DNA from: Patescibacteria group bacterium
GTDB taxonomy: Bacteria; Patescibacteriota; Minisyncoccia; Phycocordibacterales; JACZSL01
DNA: 64,000 nt
Direction: 5' to 3'
Assembly: GCA_022574205.1 (NCBI GenBank)
Contig: JACZSL010000001.1
Location: forward strand, 5,447 to 69,446
Position 1 is the first letter of the stretch. Each line of letters opens with the position of its first letter. A program made the position numbers and the translations under genes. Under the pieces are notes generated by a model. That model searched no databases. It saw only the letters and a list, made by a program, of their open reading frames with translations, and had not been told where the DNA came from. Positions 37,308-47,866 of this stretch are shown piece by piece.

Positions 37308-37730
37308 ATGATGAAATCTTGCATGTGGGTGCAGCCATTGGGGCGCATCTTTCTTTCGACAATATTTATTGTTTCGGGACTTGGTAAAGCCTTCAATTTT
37401 GGAGGAACAGTCACTTTCATGGATTCCGTTGGTGTACCGTTTGCGGGCATTGCGCTTATATTGGCTCTGATTCTAGAAATAGGTGGAGGATTAGCTTTGC
37501 TTTTAGGATGGAGGGTACGATATGCCGCATATGCACTTATAGGTTTTAGTGTGCTTGCAACATTATTTTTTCACCTCGACTTTAGCCAGCAAGCAAATCA
37601 AGTTGCGTTCTTCAAGAACATTGGCCTTGCTGGTGGTCTTATGTACGTCATAATGTTTGGCGCCGGAAAATGGAGTATTGATAATAAAAATGACAACTCT
37701 TCCGAGTCGCCTCAGAATTCTGTGGCGTAG
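37308..37730 (+). CDS. DoxX family membrane protein
   Basis: LGRIFLS.IF..SG.GK, FFKNIGLAGGL, GAGKWSID. Confidence 0.9.
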   Translation: MMKSCMWVQPLGRIFLSTIFIVSGLGKAFNFGGTVTFMDSVGVPFAGIALILALILEIGGGLALLLGWRVRYAAYALIGFSVLATLFFHLDFSQQANQVAFFKNIGLAGGLMYVIMFGAGKWSIDNKNDNSSESPQNSVA

Positions 37731-37755
37731 CGGTCAAGAAAAATTATTCTAAATC

Positions 37756-37781
37756 AAAAACCCGTCACAATACGGGTTTTT
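37756..37781. terminator. Bidirectional terminator
   Basis: AAAAACCCGT-CACAAT-ACGGGTTTTT between convergent genes. Confidence 0.8.
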
Positions 37782-37784
37782 GAT

Positions 37785-38225
37785 TTAACGCATAGCTATG
37801 AGGTTTTTGCTGCTCCAACAATCCGAAGACGAAAGCCACGGGGCTGTTCCCTCTTTCTCATAGAGGTGGCGAGCATATTCTAGATTTCCAGTTAGCGTAT
37901 AAATATCGTGGCTTAGTCGGCGAGATATCTCTAGATGATAATATTCATTGATTTGCATCACGCCTATGTCGAGATAGTTTTCTTTTCCCCTCAGTGTGTC
38001 ACCGCTTTCGTTGAACTGTCGAAATGTGGATTCACAAAAAGCAATATCTGCCATAATAGGAATGTCGTTAAAATATTCAGTCACATACTCTTCTACTGTG
38101 GGTGGTGCTCCGAACAAGCTATACGTCTCCCCCACCCCAATCGACATTGATGGTGAGATAGAAGCGAATACAAATGATAGAGCAACTGCAATTTGATATA
38201 TAATAAGTTTTTTATTATCCAACAA
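37785..38225 (-). CDS. SLT/lysozyme-like transglycosylase domain protein
   Basis: IAFCES, DIGVMQIN, NLEYARHLY..GTAPW. Confidence 0.75.
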   Translation of the reverse strand: MLDNKKLIIYQIAVALSFVFASISPSMSIGVGETYSLFGAPPTVEEYVTEYFNDIPIMADIAFCESTFRQFNESGDTLRGKENYLDIGVMQINEYYHLEISRRLSHDIYTLTGNLEYARHLYEKEGTAPWLSSSDCWSSKNLIAMR

Positions 38226-38355
38226 AAAATCCGGTAGTCGTCTACGTCTAACCGGAATGTCGCTATCATAGCCCTGACAAACTCTTTGTCAAGCACGAGA
38301 AATCAGGGAAAGAGCCTAAGCTCTAAAATATGGCTCAAAATAAGAGTTATGTAGA

Positions 38356-38865
38356 TTATCTACGCCTTTTTGTGACTTTTTTTCTAACTACTGACTTTTT
38401 TCTCGAAACTGTCTTTCTTTTAGTCGTTTTTTTAGGAGCTGTTGCCCTATGGATCTTTCTCTTCCCTTTTGCAATTATTTTCCTGCCTTTTACCACCGCT
38501 CTTTTACCTGAAGTTTTTCCATTTTCAAACTCTCGCTCAACATGCTTCCACTGCGCCTTCAAGTCTCGCTTTAGTTTTGCAATGTCCTTATTGTCGATTG
38601 AACGCACTTTTCTATACTTTGCCTCCATTTGTTTCAAAAGAGCTTCATATGTTTTTCTATCAATCTCTTTTAGTCTCTCTGCTTTTTCCATAACTTCACC
38701 ACTAGCCTTAAGCATCCACCCTCGAAGTTGTTTTCGATGTCGTACTCCCTTTGGACCGTAGAGATAGTAAGCCCCGGCACTTGCCGCAGCCGCTGCCCCA
38801 GCAAACACAGCATCTAGTCCGAGACCACCTTTTGAATTCTTTCCCTTTTTTCTTTTAGCTACCAT
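38356..38865 (-). CDS. Lys/Arg-rich protein with hydrophobic N-terminal segment
   Basis: GAAAAASAGAYYLYGPKG then helical region and very basic tail. Confidence 0.75.
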   Translation of the reverse strand: MVAKRKKGKNSKGGLGLDAVFAGAAAAASAGAYYLYGPKGVRHRKQLRGWMLKASGEVMEKAERLKEIDRKTYEALLKQMEAKYRKVRSIDNKDIAKLKRDLKAQWKHVEREFENGKTSGKRAVVKGRKIIAKGKRKIHRATAPKKTTKRKTVSRKKSVVRKKVTKRRR

Positions 38866-38866
38866 A

Positions 38867-39172
38867 TTATTTTGTTTTACGTTTTTTCACCTTGTGTTTT
38901 TTCCCTGTCTGCGTGCGATCACGCACAGGCAGGGGTGAAGCCTTTTTTATAATCTTTCTAATTTTTCTACCTCCTTTTTCCAAACCACGTCGTAATTTGC
39001 TTATATCTTTCACAATTTCCTCACCCTCCTCTTCTATTGCTTCTGAGAGCGAGAAGATGTTTCTTAGAATTCGAACTATATAGTAAAGGGCAGCAAGAAC
39101 GACAATGGTTAAAAGTACTACGGCCGCCCCAGTTATGAAAAAGAATATGTCAGACTTTACTAACTCCTCCAT
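38867..39172 (-). CDS. Small single-TM protein
   Basis: KSDIFFFITGAAVV TM; basic tail; adjacent to next gene. Confidence 0.75.
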   Translation of the reverse strand: MEELVKSDIFFFITGAAVVLLTIVVLAALYYIVRILRNIFSLSEAIEEEGEEIVKDISKLRRGLEKGGRKIRKIIKKASPLPVRDRTQTGKKHKVKKRKTK

Positions 39173-39275
39173 CCCATTAGAACATTATTATTTTAATATT
39201 TGTGCGTAGTAATATGTTCACTTTCCTATCGTTACATATGTACATAATCTCGAATATCCATAATGTCTAACGGGA
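39172..39275. mobile_element. Non-coding relative of the GIY-YIG element abutting a start codon
   Basis: TCCCATTAGAACATTA / TAATGTCTAACGGGA inverted ends; no target duplication visible. Confidence 0.65.
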
Positions 39276-39362
39276 CAAGCCCTATCAGAGAATTATCATC
39301 ACTTTCAACTTTATAACTTTCTACTTCCCACTCGCTCTAGTATACAACACCTTTGTGTTGCG

Positions 39363-40340
39363 CTACAAGGTTTTTAGGAAGTTTTCTGTGACTTTCTCAA
39401 CCTCATCTGCCGTATTTTTCTGCATAAGCTCTCCTCTCAATTCACGTGCGCCTGGAAAATCATTTACATACGCCTTATAGTGCTTCTTCATAATTGCAAA
39501 GTTTTTTTGAGGCAATAATTCTACAAAAAGTCTTGTGTGCTTTAGCATTGTCTCCAGTTTTTCCCTGACATCTGCGGTATGCACAGGATCGCAAAATAGC
39601 CATGGATTTCCGAAAATTGCCTTCCCGAGCATTATGCCGTCTGCGCCAGTTTCATATATCTTTTGTTTTGCCTCTCCAATACTCATTACATCACCGTTTC
39701 CTACAATTAAGGTTTTGCTGTTCATTTTGTCTCGTATCTTAACTGCACGAGATATTGCGTCCCAATGTACGGGTACTTTTGACATTTCGCGCCGCGTGCG
39801 GGCGTGAATGGATATTGCTGAAGGTTTAGCAGACAGCAAGACCGGAAGCCATGTATCTAGTTCGTCTTCGTTATATCCAATGCGTGTCTTAATTGAGACA
39901 GGAATTTGTCTATCAGCGGATTCAGCTCCGGTTTTTGCTGCGGCTATAATTTCTTTTGCTAAAGTAGGATTTTTTATTAAAGCCGCACATGCGCCTTGTT
40001 TTTCTATATTCCGATCAGGGCATCCCATATTTATATCAACTCCATCAAAGCCCATATCTAGCGCTAAACGTGCTGCTTTTTCCATTAGCCCTGGCTTTGA
40101 TGTAAAAAATTGAGCAACAATCGGCTTTTCTTCTCTACTATAGATTAAATCCTGCATTAGAAGATTTCGTGCGTGTTCCCCACCAAGAAATAGCCCGTCT
40201 GCTGATACAAACTCTGTAAACATAACGTTGGGTTTTCCAAGGCTAGATATTAACTTTCGAAAAGCAGCATCTGTGACATTAGCCAATGGTGCTAGCACAA
40301 AAAACGGCTCTGCAAGTTGTTCCCAAAATCCTTTGTTCAT
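39363..40340 (-). CDS. dus: tRNA-dihydrouridine synthase
   Basis: LAPLANVTD, FTEFVS, DINMGCP, SIKTRIG, IHART, GNGDV. Confidence 0.93.
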   Translation of the reverse strand: MNKGFWEQLAEPFFVLAPLANVTDAAFRKLISSLGKPNVMFTEFVSADGLFLGGEHARNLLMQDLIYSREEKPIVAQFFTSKPGLMEKAARLALDMGFDGVDINMGCPDRNIEKQGACAALIKNPTLAKEIIAAAKTGAESADRQIPVSIKTRIGYNEDELDTWLPVLLSAKPSAISIHARTRREMSKVPVHWDAISRAVKIRDKMNSKTLIVGNGDVMSIGEAKQKIYETGADGIMLGKAIFGNPWLFCDPVHTADVREKLETMLKHTRLFVELLPQKNFAIMKKHYKAYVNDFPGARELRGELMQKNTADEVEKVTENFLKTL

Positions 40341-40401
40341 TAAAAATTAGCAGTCAATTACTCTTACCTGCCTACTGGCAGTCTGATACTTTCTCTTTTA
40401 T

Positions 40402-41244
40402 TTACTTGGTCTTGTAGAATACCTTATTTCCGTAGCGTAAATCAATATATTCGACATTCTTTATACCCTGCTCTAGAAAAATGCTGGATAGAAGTATTGA
40501 TCTGAAATTCTCGAGAATCGTGTTTAGATTTTGGTCCGTTCTAAAGAGTAGTACGGCTCCACTTTCAAATTTAAGATGGAGGTCCGAATCTTCATCTCTA
40601 ACGAGAGCAACTGGGTTTACCTTAAGGTCACGGAGCGCCTCCAAGAAAAGATTATAACCGAGAAATTGGGCGGCGGGAAGATACTGCATTCCAAGCGGGT
40701 CTGTTACGATAAAAGTGTCATGAAGTGGTCCGTAATAGCGAAAGAATATGTCGCCAGAAAAATTTGGTGATTGTGCAAAAATATATCCTCTGTTGTCAAG
40801 ATAAAAACACTTGGAACCTTCTTTTGCCGCCAGCTTATCGGTTGCACCGCACCAAAGACCAAACGGAACCCTCTCCTTTACTTCAACTGTGATGGTGTGA
40901 AAGTCGACAAATGAGACTGAGACTCCTTTAATTCTCGGAAACTGCTCCGTCAGGAGTAAACTCATGCTACGTCTGGGATAGAGAAAGATATTTGAGCGCG
41001 GAACGAGGAACATATATGTACCGTCGAGCTCTGTATCAATAATATCTCGCAATGACTTGCTCGTTGTAATGGCGTTTCCAGAAATTTCCACCGCATCGAT
41101 ATTGATTTGTGGCAGTCGAACTAACCACGTGGAAACTGCAATAAATGAAATTGAAATAACTAACGTTAGTAAAGCTTTGACTGTTAAAATTTTTTTCTTA
41201 CGTTTTCCCAGACGCGCGCGGCCTCTTCGGCTTCTCAGGATCAT
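40402..41244 (-). CDS. ftsQ: FtsQ/DivIB-like protein
   Basis: Basic N-terminus, TM, POTRA-like, VKER.P, EYIDLRYGNKVFYK. Confidence 0.8.
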   Translation of the reverse strand: MILRSRRGRARLGKRKKKILTVKALLTLVISISFIAVSTWLVRLPQINIDAVEISGNAITTSKSLRDIIDTELDGTYMFLVPRSNIFLYPRRSMSLLLTEQFPRIKGVSVSFVDFHTITVEVKERVPFGLWCGATDKLAAKEGSKCFYLDNRGYIFAQSPNFSGDIFFRYYGPLHDTFIVTDPLGMQYLPAAQFLGYNLFLEALRDLKVNPVALVRDEDSDLHLKFESGAVLLFRTDQNLNTILENFRSILLSSIFLEQGIKNVEYIDLRYGNKVFYKTK

Positions 41245-41248
41245 AGTT

Positions 41249-42508
41249 TTATTCTATTGTTTTTTTTCCAAAGTAGGGTTGGAGAACTTTTGGTATCACT
41301 ATTGAACCGTTAGCCTTCTGGTTGTTCTCAATTAGCGCCACTAGAACACGTGGTGTAGCTATTGCTGTCGCGTTTAAGGAGTGTACATATTTATTTACGC
41401 CCTCTTCAGCATAGCGAATATTGAAACGGCGTGCTTGGAAATCATGATAGTAAGAAGCGCTGCCAATTTCCCTATACTTCCCCTCCGATGGTACCCAGAG
41501 TTCGGTGTCGTATGACCGAACGTGAGCACTTTTCAAGTCACCGGTGCAAATCTCTAGCTGTCTATATGGAAGTTCTAAGGATTCAATAAATTCCTCTGTA
41601 TTTCTATTTATCTCTTCGTGTAGGCGCTCGCTCTCCTCATGACTAGCCTCACACAGTATGAGTTGCTCCAGTTTGTAAAATTCATGAACTCGAACGAGAC
41701 CTTTTGTATCCTTTCCGTGGCTTCCTGCTTCGCGTCGGAAGCAAGGAGAAAACGCCAGGTATCGTAACGGTAGAGTTTCTTTTTTTAGAATTTCGTCGGC
41801 GTGATATGCCATCATTGGCACTTCTGCTGTACCAGAGAGATAATCTTCGTTTTGTGTTTTAAAGAGGTCGTTGGCGTCTCCGGGAAGGTGTCCTGTTCCG
41901 TAGAAGTATTCTTTCTTAACAATAGCTGGGGCAATAAATGGCATGAAATTTCTTTTATGAAAGAAATCGCGCGCATAATTTAACACTGCCCACGATAATA
42001 ATGCCCCATCATTTTTGAGAAAGTAACCACGAAAACCATGTACTTTTATTCCACGCTTAAAGTCCACCATGTCGTGCATTTCCATAAGTTCAATATGATT
42101 TTTTGGTTCGAAGTCAAATCTTGGCGATGTGCCCCACGTTTTAAGCTCAACGTTGTCGTCCTCACCGTCTCCTTCCGGAACTGACATGCTTGGCATGTTT
42201 GGCACTTTGAGCATTATAGATTGCCACTCATCCATCACTTTCTTCAACTTTTTTTCGCTTTTTTGTAAATTATCTTTAATCTCCTTCATGCGAGCGATGA
42301 GTTCGGTCTTCTCATTGTCACTTATGCCCTCCGACACACGGGCTGTAGCGTTATTCTGCTCCGCGCGTTTCTCCTCCACACTCGCTAGTAACTTCCTACG
42401 TTCTACATCGACAAAAAGCAAACGATCGATGTCGATTTCAATATGTTTTTTCCTCGCTCCTTCTTTTACAAGTTTGCTATTATCCCGAATAAATGTGATG
42501 TCAAGCAT
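41249..42508 (-). CDS. serS: Serine--tRNA ligase
   Basis: MLDI.FIRDN, GTAEVP, FRREAGSHGKDTKGLVRVHEF.K.E, HSLNATAIA.PR. Confidence 0.97.
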   Translation of the reverse strand: MLDITFIRDNSKLVKEGARKKHIEIDIDRLLFVDVERRKLLASVEEKRAEQNNATARVSEGISDNEKTELIARMKEIKDNLQKSEKKLKKVMDEWQSIMLKVPNMPSMSVPEGDGEDDNVELKTWGTSPRFDFEPKNHIELMEMHDMVDFKRGIKVHGFRGYFLKNDGALLSWAVLNYARDFFHKRNFMPFIAPAIVKKEYFYGTGHLPGDANDLFKTQNEDYLSGTAEVPMMAYHADEILKKETLPLRYLAFSPCFRREAGSHGKDTKGLVRVHEFYKLEQLILCEASHEESERLHEEINRNTEEFIESLELPYRQLEICTGDLKSAHVRSYDTELWVPSEGKYREIGSASYYHDFQARRFNIRYAEEGVNKYVHSLNATAIATPRVLVALIENNQKANGSIVIPKVLQPYFGKKTIE

Positions 42509-42556
42509 AATTTCTTTTGATGGCCTGTCTTAGTGTTACAATACTACAATACCATA

Positions 42557-43414
42557 ATGAAAGGCGGCATACGACAACTTAAGGAAAGTGATTTTCCTGA
42601 GCTTTTGAGGCAAATCCCCGACCCACCCGAGAGGCTTTTCATAGAGGGGCCTGTTCCCTCAAGCAAATCGAAGCTTCTTTGTGTAGTCGGGTCGAGGCAC
42701 TATTCCCCATATGGTAAGGATGTGTGTGAGAGATTGATCTCTGGTTTATCTGGTTATAACGTGACGATTGTTTCCGGACTTGCAATCGGTATGGATAGCA
42801 TCGCGCATCGCGCTGCCATTTCGGCGAGGCTAGATACGCTTGCAATACCTGGCTCCGGGCTTGATCCGAGTGTACTCTACCCTGCTTCTCATAGAGCATT
42901 AGCAAGGCAAATTGTTGAAAGAGGCGGAACGCTTCTCTCTGAATTTGAACCAAACACACCGGCCGCGCCATTCACATTTCCACAAAGAAACAGGATAATG
43001 GCAGGGATATCGCACGCAACTCTTGTCATTGAAGCGACTCTAAAGTCAGGGACTCTCATTACGGCAAGGCTTGCTACGGACTATAATAGAGACGTGCTTA
43101 CAGTTCCGCATCCAATTTATTCTAAGACTTCCCGTGGTCCACACATGTTGCTTCGTCTTGGGGCAACATTGATAGAAAAAAGCGAGGATATACTGGAGGC
43201 ACTCCATATTGATCTTAAAAAGAGTAGTAGTTTGAAGCGCTCTCTCCTTTCCGAAGATGAGAGGAAGGTGATAGATGCATTGTATCACCCCTTGGAGAGA
43301 GACGTGCTTGTTAAAATACTCGGCATGCCAGCACGTGAAGTCAATGTCCTCTTAACAGCAATGGAAATTAAAGGTTTAATTGCTGAACGACTTGGAGAAA
43401 TACATATACTTTAA
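42557..43414 (+). CDS. dprA: DNA-processing protein DprA
   Basis: IPDPP, VVGSR, IVSGLAIGMDSIAH, FPQRNRIMAG, KSGTLITA; C-terminal wHTH. Confidence 0.95.
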   Translation: MKGGIRQLKESDFPELLRQIPDPPERLFIEGPVPSSKSKLLCVVGSRHYSPYGKDVCERLISGLSGYNVTIVSGLAIGMDSIAHRAAISARLDTLAIPGSGLDPSVLYPASHRALARQIVERGGTLLSEFEPNTPAAPFTFPQRNRIMAGISHATLVIEATLKSGTLITARLATDYNRDVLTVPHPIYSKTSRGPHMLLRLGATLIEKSEDILEALHIDLKKSSSLKRSLLSEDERKVIDALYHPLERDVLVKILGMPAREVNVLLTAMEIKGLIAERLGEIHIL

Positions 43415-43599
43415 GATTAAAATTTGACAAAATAATGTTTTTGAGTTACTAGTATATATCAATACTTGTCGCGCCTGCCCTGTTGTGAGCTTGCTCTACT
43501 ATGGGGTTAGAAAGTACGGATATATTAATTTGTTATAAATGCAAAAAAACGGGACACACTGTGTTGTGGTATATTTTAAAAGGATAATTTTCTAATTGG

Positions 43600-45825
43600 A
43601 TGAAGTTGTTAATCGTTGAGTCGCCAGCGAAGGCGAAGACAATTGAAAAATATTTGGGTAGCGAATATCGCGTTGAGGCAAGCATTGGCCATATTCGTGA
43701 TCTCCCAAAAAGTAATAAAAAAGCCATCGACATAGATGGTGGTTTTATTCCGCATTATGAAATATCTAAAGGAAAGGAAAAAATAATAAAAACACTAAAA
43801 AGCCTATCGAGGGAGGCCGAGGAAGTTGTGCTTGCTACTGACCATGACCGCGAAGGTGAGGCGATTGCGTGGCACCTTAAAGAGGTACTTGGTTTAAAGA
43901 ATCCAAAACGCATTGTCTTCAACGAAATCACAAAAGATGCAGTAAGAAATGCTATGGAGAATCCTAGAGAAATTGACGACTCCCTACGAGAAGCGCAAGA
44001 AGCAAGACGTGTACTCGATCGAATTGTCGGATATGAGCTGTCAGGATTGATTTGGAAAAAACTTCGATATGGGTTAAGCGCCGGTCGTGTGCAGAGTCCC
44101 GCACTTCGAATCATTATGGAGCGTGAACGTGAAATACGTAAATTTATTCCAGAAGACTTTTGGGTTGTCACAGCGCTTGTAGAAAATAGGAGAGGGGTGT
44201 CGTTTGAACTTGTTTGTAAAGAAGAGCCGCGCGATGAAAAAAGGATGGAATATATTCTTAAAATTGGTAAACAAGCAGATTGGCTAATAAAAAACACGAA
44301 AGAAAGTGAGGTGAAACGTGCACCGAGAGCTCCATTTATTACTTCGACACTTCAGCAGGTCGCAAGTTCCAGACTGGGCTACTCTCCCTCGAACACCATG
44401 CGTATTGCCCAGAGGCTGTATGAGGCTGGGCATATTACATATATGCGTACTGACAGTACTATTTTAAGTGCCACTGCAAAGACTCAAATCTCTGAGGTTA
44501 TTTTAAAAAAGTACGGCAAGGAGTACTTGGAGTCTCGTGTATATTCCGGAAAGAGCAAGTCAGCACAGGAAGCACACGAGGCTATCAGGCCTACAAATGC
44601 CGCTATAGTTTCAGCCGGTACCTCTCCTGATCAGAAAAAATTATACGACTTAATCTGGGCACGAACAACGGCTAGCCAAATGTCTTCTGCAACTATTGTA
44701 AAAACAAAAATTGTTGTGGAGGTGAAGAGTACCGACATTCCTGATTTTTCTATTAGTGGTTCTCGAGTTAAGTTTTCCGGTTGGCTAAAGGCTGATGTGT
44801 TAGCGCGCAGTGAAGATGTTGAACTTCCTAAAGTAAAAGCAGGTGAAATTCTTGAGTTAAAGAACCTCGACTCTCTCGCGAAGCAAACTCAACCGCTTCC
44901 TCGCTATAGCGAGGCCGGACTTGTTAAAGAATTGGAAAAGCGTGGTATAGGACGCCCAAGTACGTACGCTAGCACAATGAAGACACTTGTTGATCGAGGG
45001 TATGTCGAGAAACGTGGAAAGACGCTCTTTCCAACTGACACAGGGGATGCTGTTAGTAGTTTTCTCGAAAAATATTTTGAAAACTATATAAGTGATTCGT
45101 TTACTTCAAAGATGGAAAGTGAGCTGGACGAGATTGCTGCGGGAAAACGAAAGTATGTTGATACACTAGCTGATTTTTATAAGCCATTCCTAGCAGAGGT
45201 GAAGAATAAAGAGAACGTTGAGAAAATCACTAATCTTGGTGATGCGCCAAAAGAATTTGTTTGTCCAACTTGTAAAAGTTCTATGATTTACAAATTGAGT
45301 AGATCCGGGAAGTTTATGAGCTGTTCAAAATTCCCCGACTGTACTGGCGCACGAACGGTTGAGGGTGTTGCGCTCGAGGGCCCCAAAGAGACTGGGGAAA
45401 GTTGCCCTGACTGCACAAAGGGTAAGCTTATGGAACGTGACGGTAGATTTGGACGTTTTGTTGCATGTGATAAGTACCCGAAATGCCGGTACGTAAAACA
45501 AAGCGAGGAGGCAGTCAAACGCGCCTCAACCGGAATTAAGTGTCCAGTGTGTAAAGTCGGCCTGCCTGCGCCAAGTGAAGCGCGGCAGGCAGGTGAGATG
45601 ATTGAGCGACGAGGTCGCTTTGGTGTTTTCTATAGTTGTTCGAGTTATCCTAAATGTAAGTATGCTATAAAAGCAAAGCCAACTGGTGCTGTGTGCGAAT
45701 ATGATCGTGAAGATAAGGGGGTGTGTAATGCTCTCATGATGGAAGGCACAAAAACAATACCGGAGCGCTGTAGCGATAAAACATGCCCTAATCATAATCC
45801 TCATAAACTCACAAAGGTAGAATAA
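43600..45825 (+). CDS. topA: DNA topoisomerase I with zinc-ribbon C-terminus
   Basis: LIVESPAKAKTI, ATDHDREGE, SAGRVQS, ITYMRTDS, GIGRPSTY, C4 repeats. Confidence 0.98.
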   Translation: MKLLIVESPAKAKTIEKYLGSEYRVEASIGHIRDLPKSNKKAIDIDGGFIPHYEISKGKEKIIKTLKSLSREAEEVVLATDHDREGEAIAWHLKEVLGLKNPKRIVFNEITKDAVRNAMENPREIDDSLREAQEARRVLDRIVGYELSGLIWKKLRYGLSAGRVQSPALRIIMEREREIRKFIPEDFWVVTALVENRRGVSFELVCKEEPRDEKRMEYILKIGKQADWLIKNTKESEVKRAPRAPFITSTLQQVASSRLGYSPSNTMRIAQRLYEAGHITYMRTDSTILSATAKTQISEVILKKYGKEYLESRVYSGKSKSAQEAHEAIRPTNAAIVSAGTSPDQKKLYDLIWARTTASQMSSATIVKTKIVVEVKSTDIPDFSISGSRVKFSGWLKADVLARSEDVELPKVKAGEILELKNLDSLAKQTQPLPRYSEAGLVKELEKRGIGRPSTYASTMKTLVDRGYVEKRGKTLFPTDTGDAVSSFLEKYFENYISDSFTSKMESELDEIAAGKRKYVDTLADFYKPFLAEVKNKENVEKITNLGDAPKEFVCPTCKSSMIYKLSRSGKFMSCSKFPDCTGARTVEGVALEGPKETGESCPDCTKGKLMERDGRFGRFVACDKYPKCRYVKQSEEAVKRASTGIKCPVCKVGLPAPSEARQAGEMIERRGRFGVFYSCSSYPKCKYAIKAKPTGAVCEYDREDKGVCNALMMEGTKTIPERCSDKTCPNHNPHKLTKVE
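45561..45593. repeat. 33-bp palindromic element inserted in frame in topA
   Basis: CCTGCCTGC...GCAGGCAGG; adds about 11 aa (LPAPSEARQAG) relative to the preceding zinc ribbon. Confidence 0.8.
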
Positions 45826-45865
45826 ATGCATGCAACCTACGTTGCATGCATTATTGTTTTTGTGG

Positions 45866-45969
45866 GGCGGAGCGATGTTTCGCGACTAGCGAAACCGCGA
45901 GCCGGGGTCGACGAGCACTTAGTAGATTGCGAGCACTTGGAGCAATATACTTGAGTTGCTTGTGACCAA
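45866..45969. repeat. Dispersed structured element related to 53577-53689
   Basis: Shared GGCGGAG, CTTAGTA..TTGCGA, TTGGAGCAA.ATACTT, TTGTGACCAA blocks. Confidence 0.75.
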
Positions 45970-46028
45970 AAACTATTCCTGAACGTTGTAGTGACAAAAC
46001 GTGTCCGAACCATAACCCGCATAAGTTA
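45969..46028 (+). pseudogene. Orphan copy of topA 3' end (KTIPERCSDKTCPNHNPHKL)
   Basis: 20/20 aa identical to 45751-45810 with 15 synonymous codon differences; no start codon. Confidence 0.9.
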
Positions 46029-46221
46029 GATAAAGTAGTAAAGAAAAAAGTGCAAAATAATGTTGTAGTCTTCGTTTGTTATTATCTCTTATAATATTTT
46101 TCTCAAATTCATAAGTTTAGATTATTTTCTAAACTAGATTTTAAGTTCTTTGTAATCATCAGTTGTAAATTCAGGAAAGGTACTTGTGGTAAAAGCATAT
46201 ACATATACAATTAGGCAAATT

Positions 46222-47085
46222 ATGAAAATTGTATACACTATAGCAATTATTGGCAGTGGCGTGATTGGTGGTGCAACAGGAACTGGATTTGCATCACTTG
46301 GAAATATCGTAATATTCATAGATAATAATCCAGACACGCTTGCTAGACTTACCCGCAATGGACACACTACTAGTAGCATTAATGAATTGCCTCAACACAA
46401 TCCAAATATCATATTCATGTGCTTGCCAATACCAACCACCTATAAAGGTGTTGACTTGTCGGCACTCGAGAACACCCTTTGCAGTGTAGCTGAATACCTT
46501 GCGACTACTGAAACTGATTATCCAATAATCGTTTTACGAAGCACTGCTCCAATTGGCACAACACACTCTGCAATAAGATTACTTGAAAAGTACAGTGGTA
46601 AAAAATGTGGACAAAACTTTGGTGTATGTGTAAATCCTGAATACCTACGTGAGCGATATGCGGAGGACGATTTTCTTAATCCACACGTTGTAATTATTGG
46701 CTCAGAAGACACAAAGGCAACTAAGCGCCTCACTGAACTCTATATAACAATTACCGACAACATAGCAGTTATTGGTATTAGAGAAGCCGAACAACATAAG
46801 TACATCCATAATCTTTATAATGCGTGTAAAATTTCATTCTTTAATGAACATAGATATGTGTGTAACGTACTCGGTATTGATGCCGATACCGTATTTCCCC
46901 TAGTCGTAGAAAGCTCCGAGGCGTCATGGAACCCTATATATGGAACTAAAGATATGGGTGCGTTTTGTGGCAGTTGTTTACCAAAAGATACAAAAGGTTT
47001 CTTGAAGTTTGCGAAGCAACATGCATTATCTATGCCTCTGCTTGAAGCAATTATTGTTGTCAATGAACGAACTAAATCTGTTTAA
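46222..47085 (+). CDS. UDP-glucose/GDP-mannose dehydrogenase family protein, short form
   Basis: GSGVIG, LRST.PIGTT, NPEYLRE, KY..N.YNACKISFFNE, GSCLPKD; ends after central domain. Confidence 0.88.
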   Translation: MKIVYTIAIIGSGVIGGATGTGFASLGNIVIFIDNNPDTLARLTRNGHTTSSINELPQHNPNIIFMCLPIPTTYKGVDLSALENTLCSVAEYLATTETDYPIIVLRSTAPIGTTHSAIRLLEKYSGKKCGQNFGVCVNPEYLRERYAEDDFLNPHVVIIGSEDTKATKRLTELYITITDNIAVIGIREAEQHKYIHNLYNACKISFFNEHRYVCNVLGIDADTVFPLVVESSEASWNPIYGTKDMGAFCGSCLPKDTKGFLKFAKQHALSMPLLEAIIVVNERTKSV

Positions 47086-47256
47086 ACCTCTTTCTTCCAT
47101 TATTTTCTCCTAAACGTGCGAATAGTCAAATTTTGTCTACAACTTTTTGAAAATCTAAAAATAACGCGTCAAATCTTATAATTTTAAACAAGGTGAAAAG
47201 TAAATATTTATATCTTTACAATAATTTGAGTAAATAAATTATATGTTTTACATATT

Positions 47257-47817
47257 CTATAAGAAGTCTTTAGTAAAAAGCACATTCTTATATTGTAAAA
47301 CATCAATCCAGTTGTTATGAAAACACAAATGTATGACACCTGTGTTTTGCAGACCATAAATTGTGTTAAAGTGTTTAAATACCTCCTCGTTTGGACTAGT
47401 ACCATGTAGGGCAATCCAAAGCATTTGTTTAATAAATGCGGCATGACTACACACAAGTATGCACTGGGAATTGATCACTGCTATAAAACGAAGTGCGTCG
47501 TGTGCGCGCCGCTTAAATACACTATAGGACTCTAATGGACTAAGTTCACGCTCATTAAACATGGTATTTGGAACATTTTTTACTCCACATATTTCCCCTA
47601 TAATTGTAGCGGTTTCTATTGATCGTACCAGCGCGCTAGACATAATACAATCTATTTTTTCTATACCAACAAAAGCCCGTGCTGCCTGCTGAACCTGCCG
47701 CACACCATTTATACTTAATGATTCACTTGTACTTGGTTCTGCATTACGAATGTTACTGAATGTCTCGCCATGCCTCATAAGATACACGTGTTTATACTTA
47801 TGCTTTGACGTATACAT
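47257..47817 (-). CDS. Histidine phosphatase family protein
   Basis: YLMRHGET, SS.LVRSIETA, LVCSHAA. Confidence 0.88.
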   Translation of the reverse strand: MYTSKHKYKHVYLMRHGETFSNIRNAEPSTSESLSINGVRQVQQAARAFVGIEKIDCIMSSALVRSIETATIIGEICGVKNVPNTMFNERELSPLESYSVFKRRAHDALRFIAVINSQCILVCSHAAFIKQMLWIALHGTSPNEEVFKHFNTIYGLQNTGVIHLCFHNNWIDVLQYKNVLFTKDFL

Positions 47818-47866
47818 ACATGTATATTAACATGCTGATCATCTTATACTCATATGTGATATAAAT

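Noticed and set aside
45861-45915. Possible tRNA after topA
   Set aside because: No cloverleaf, T-loop or acceptor stem; treated as dispersed element
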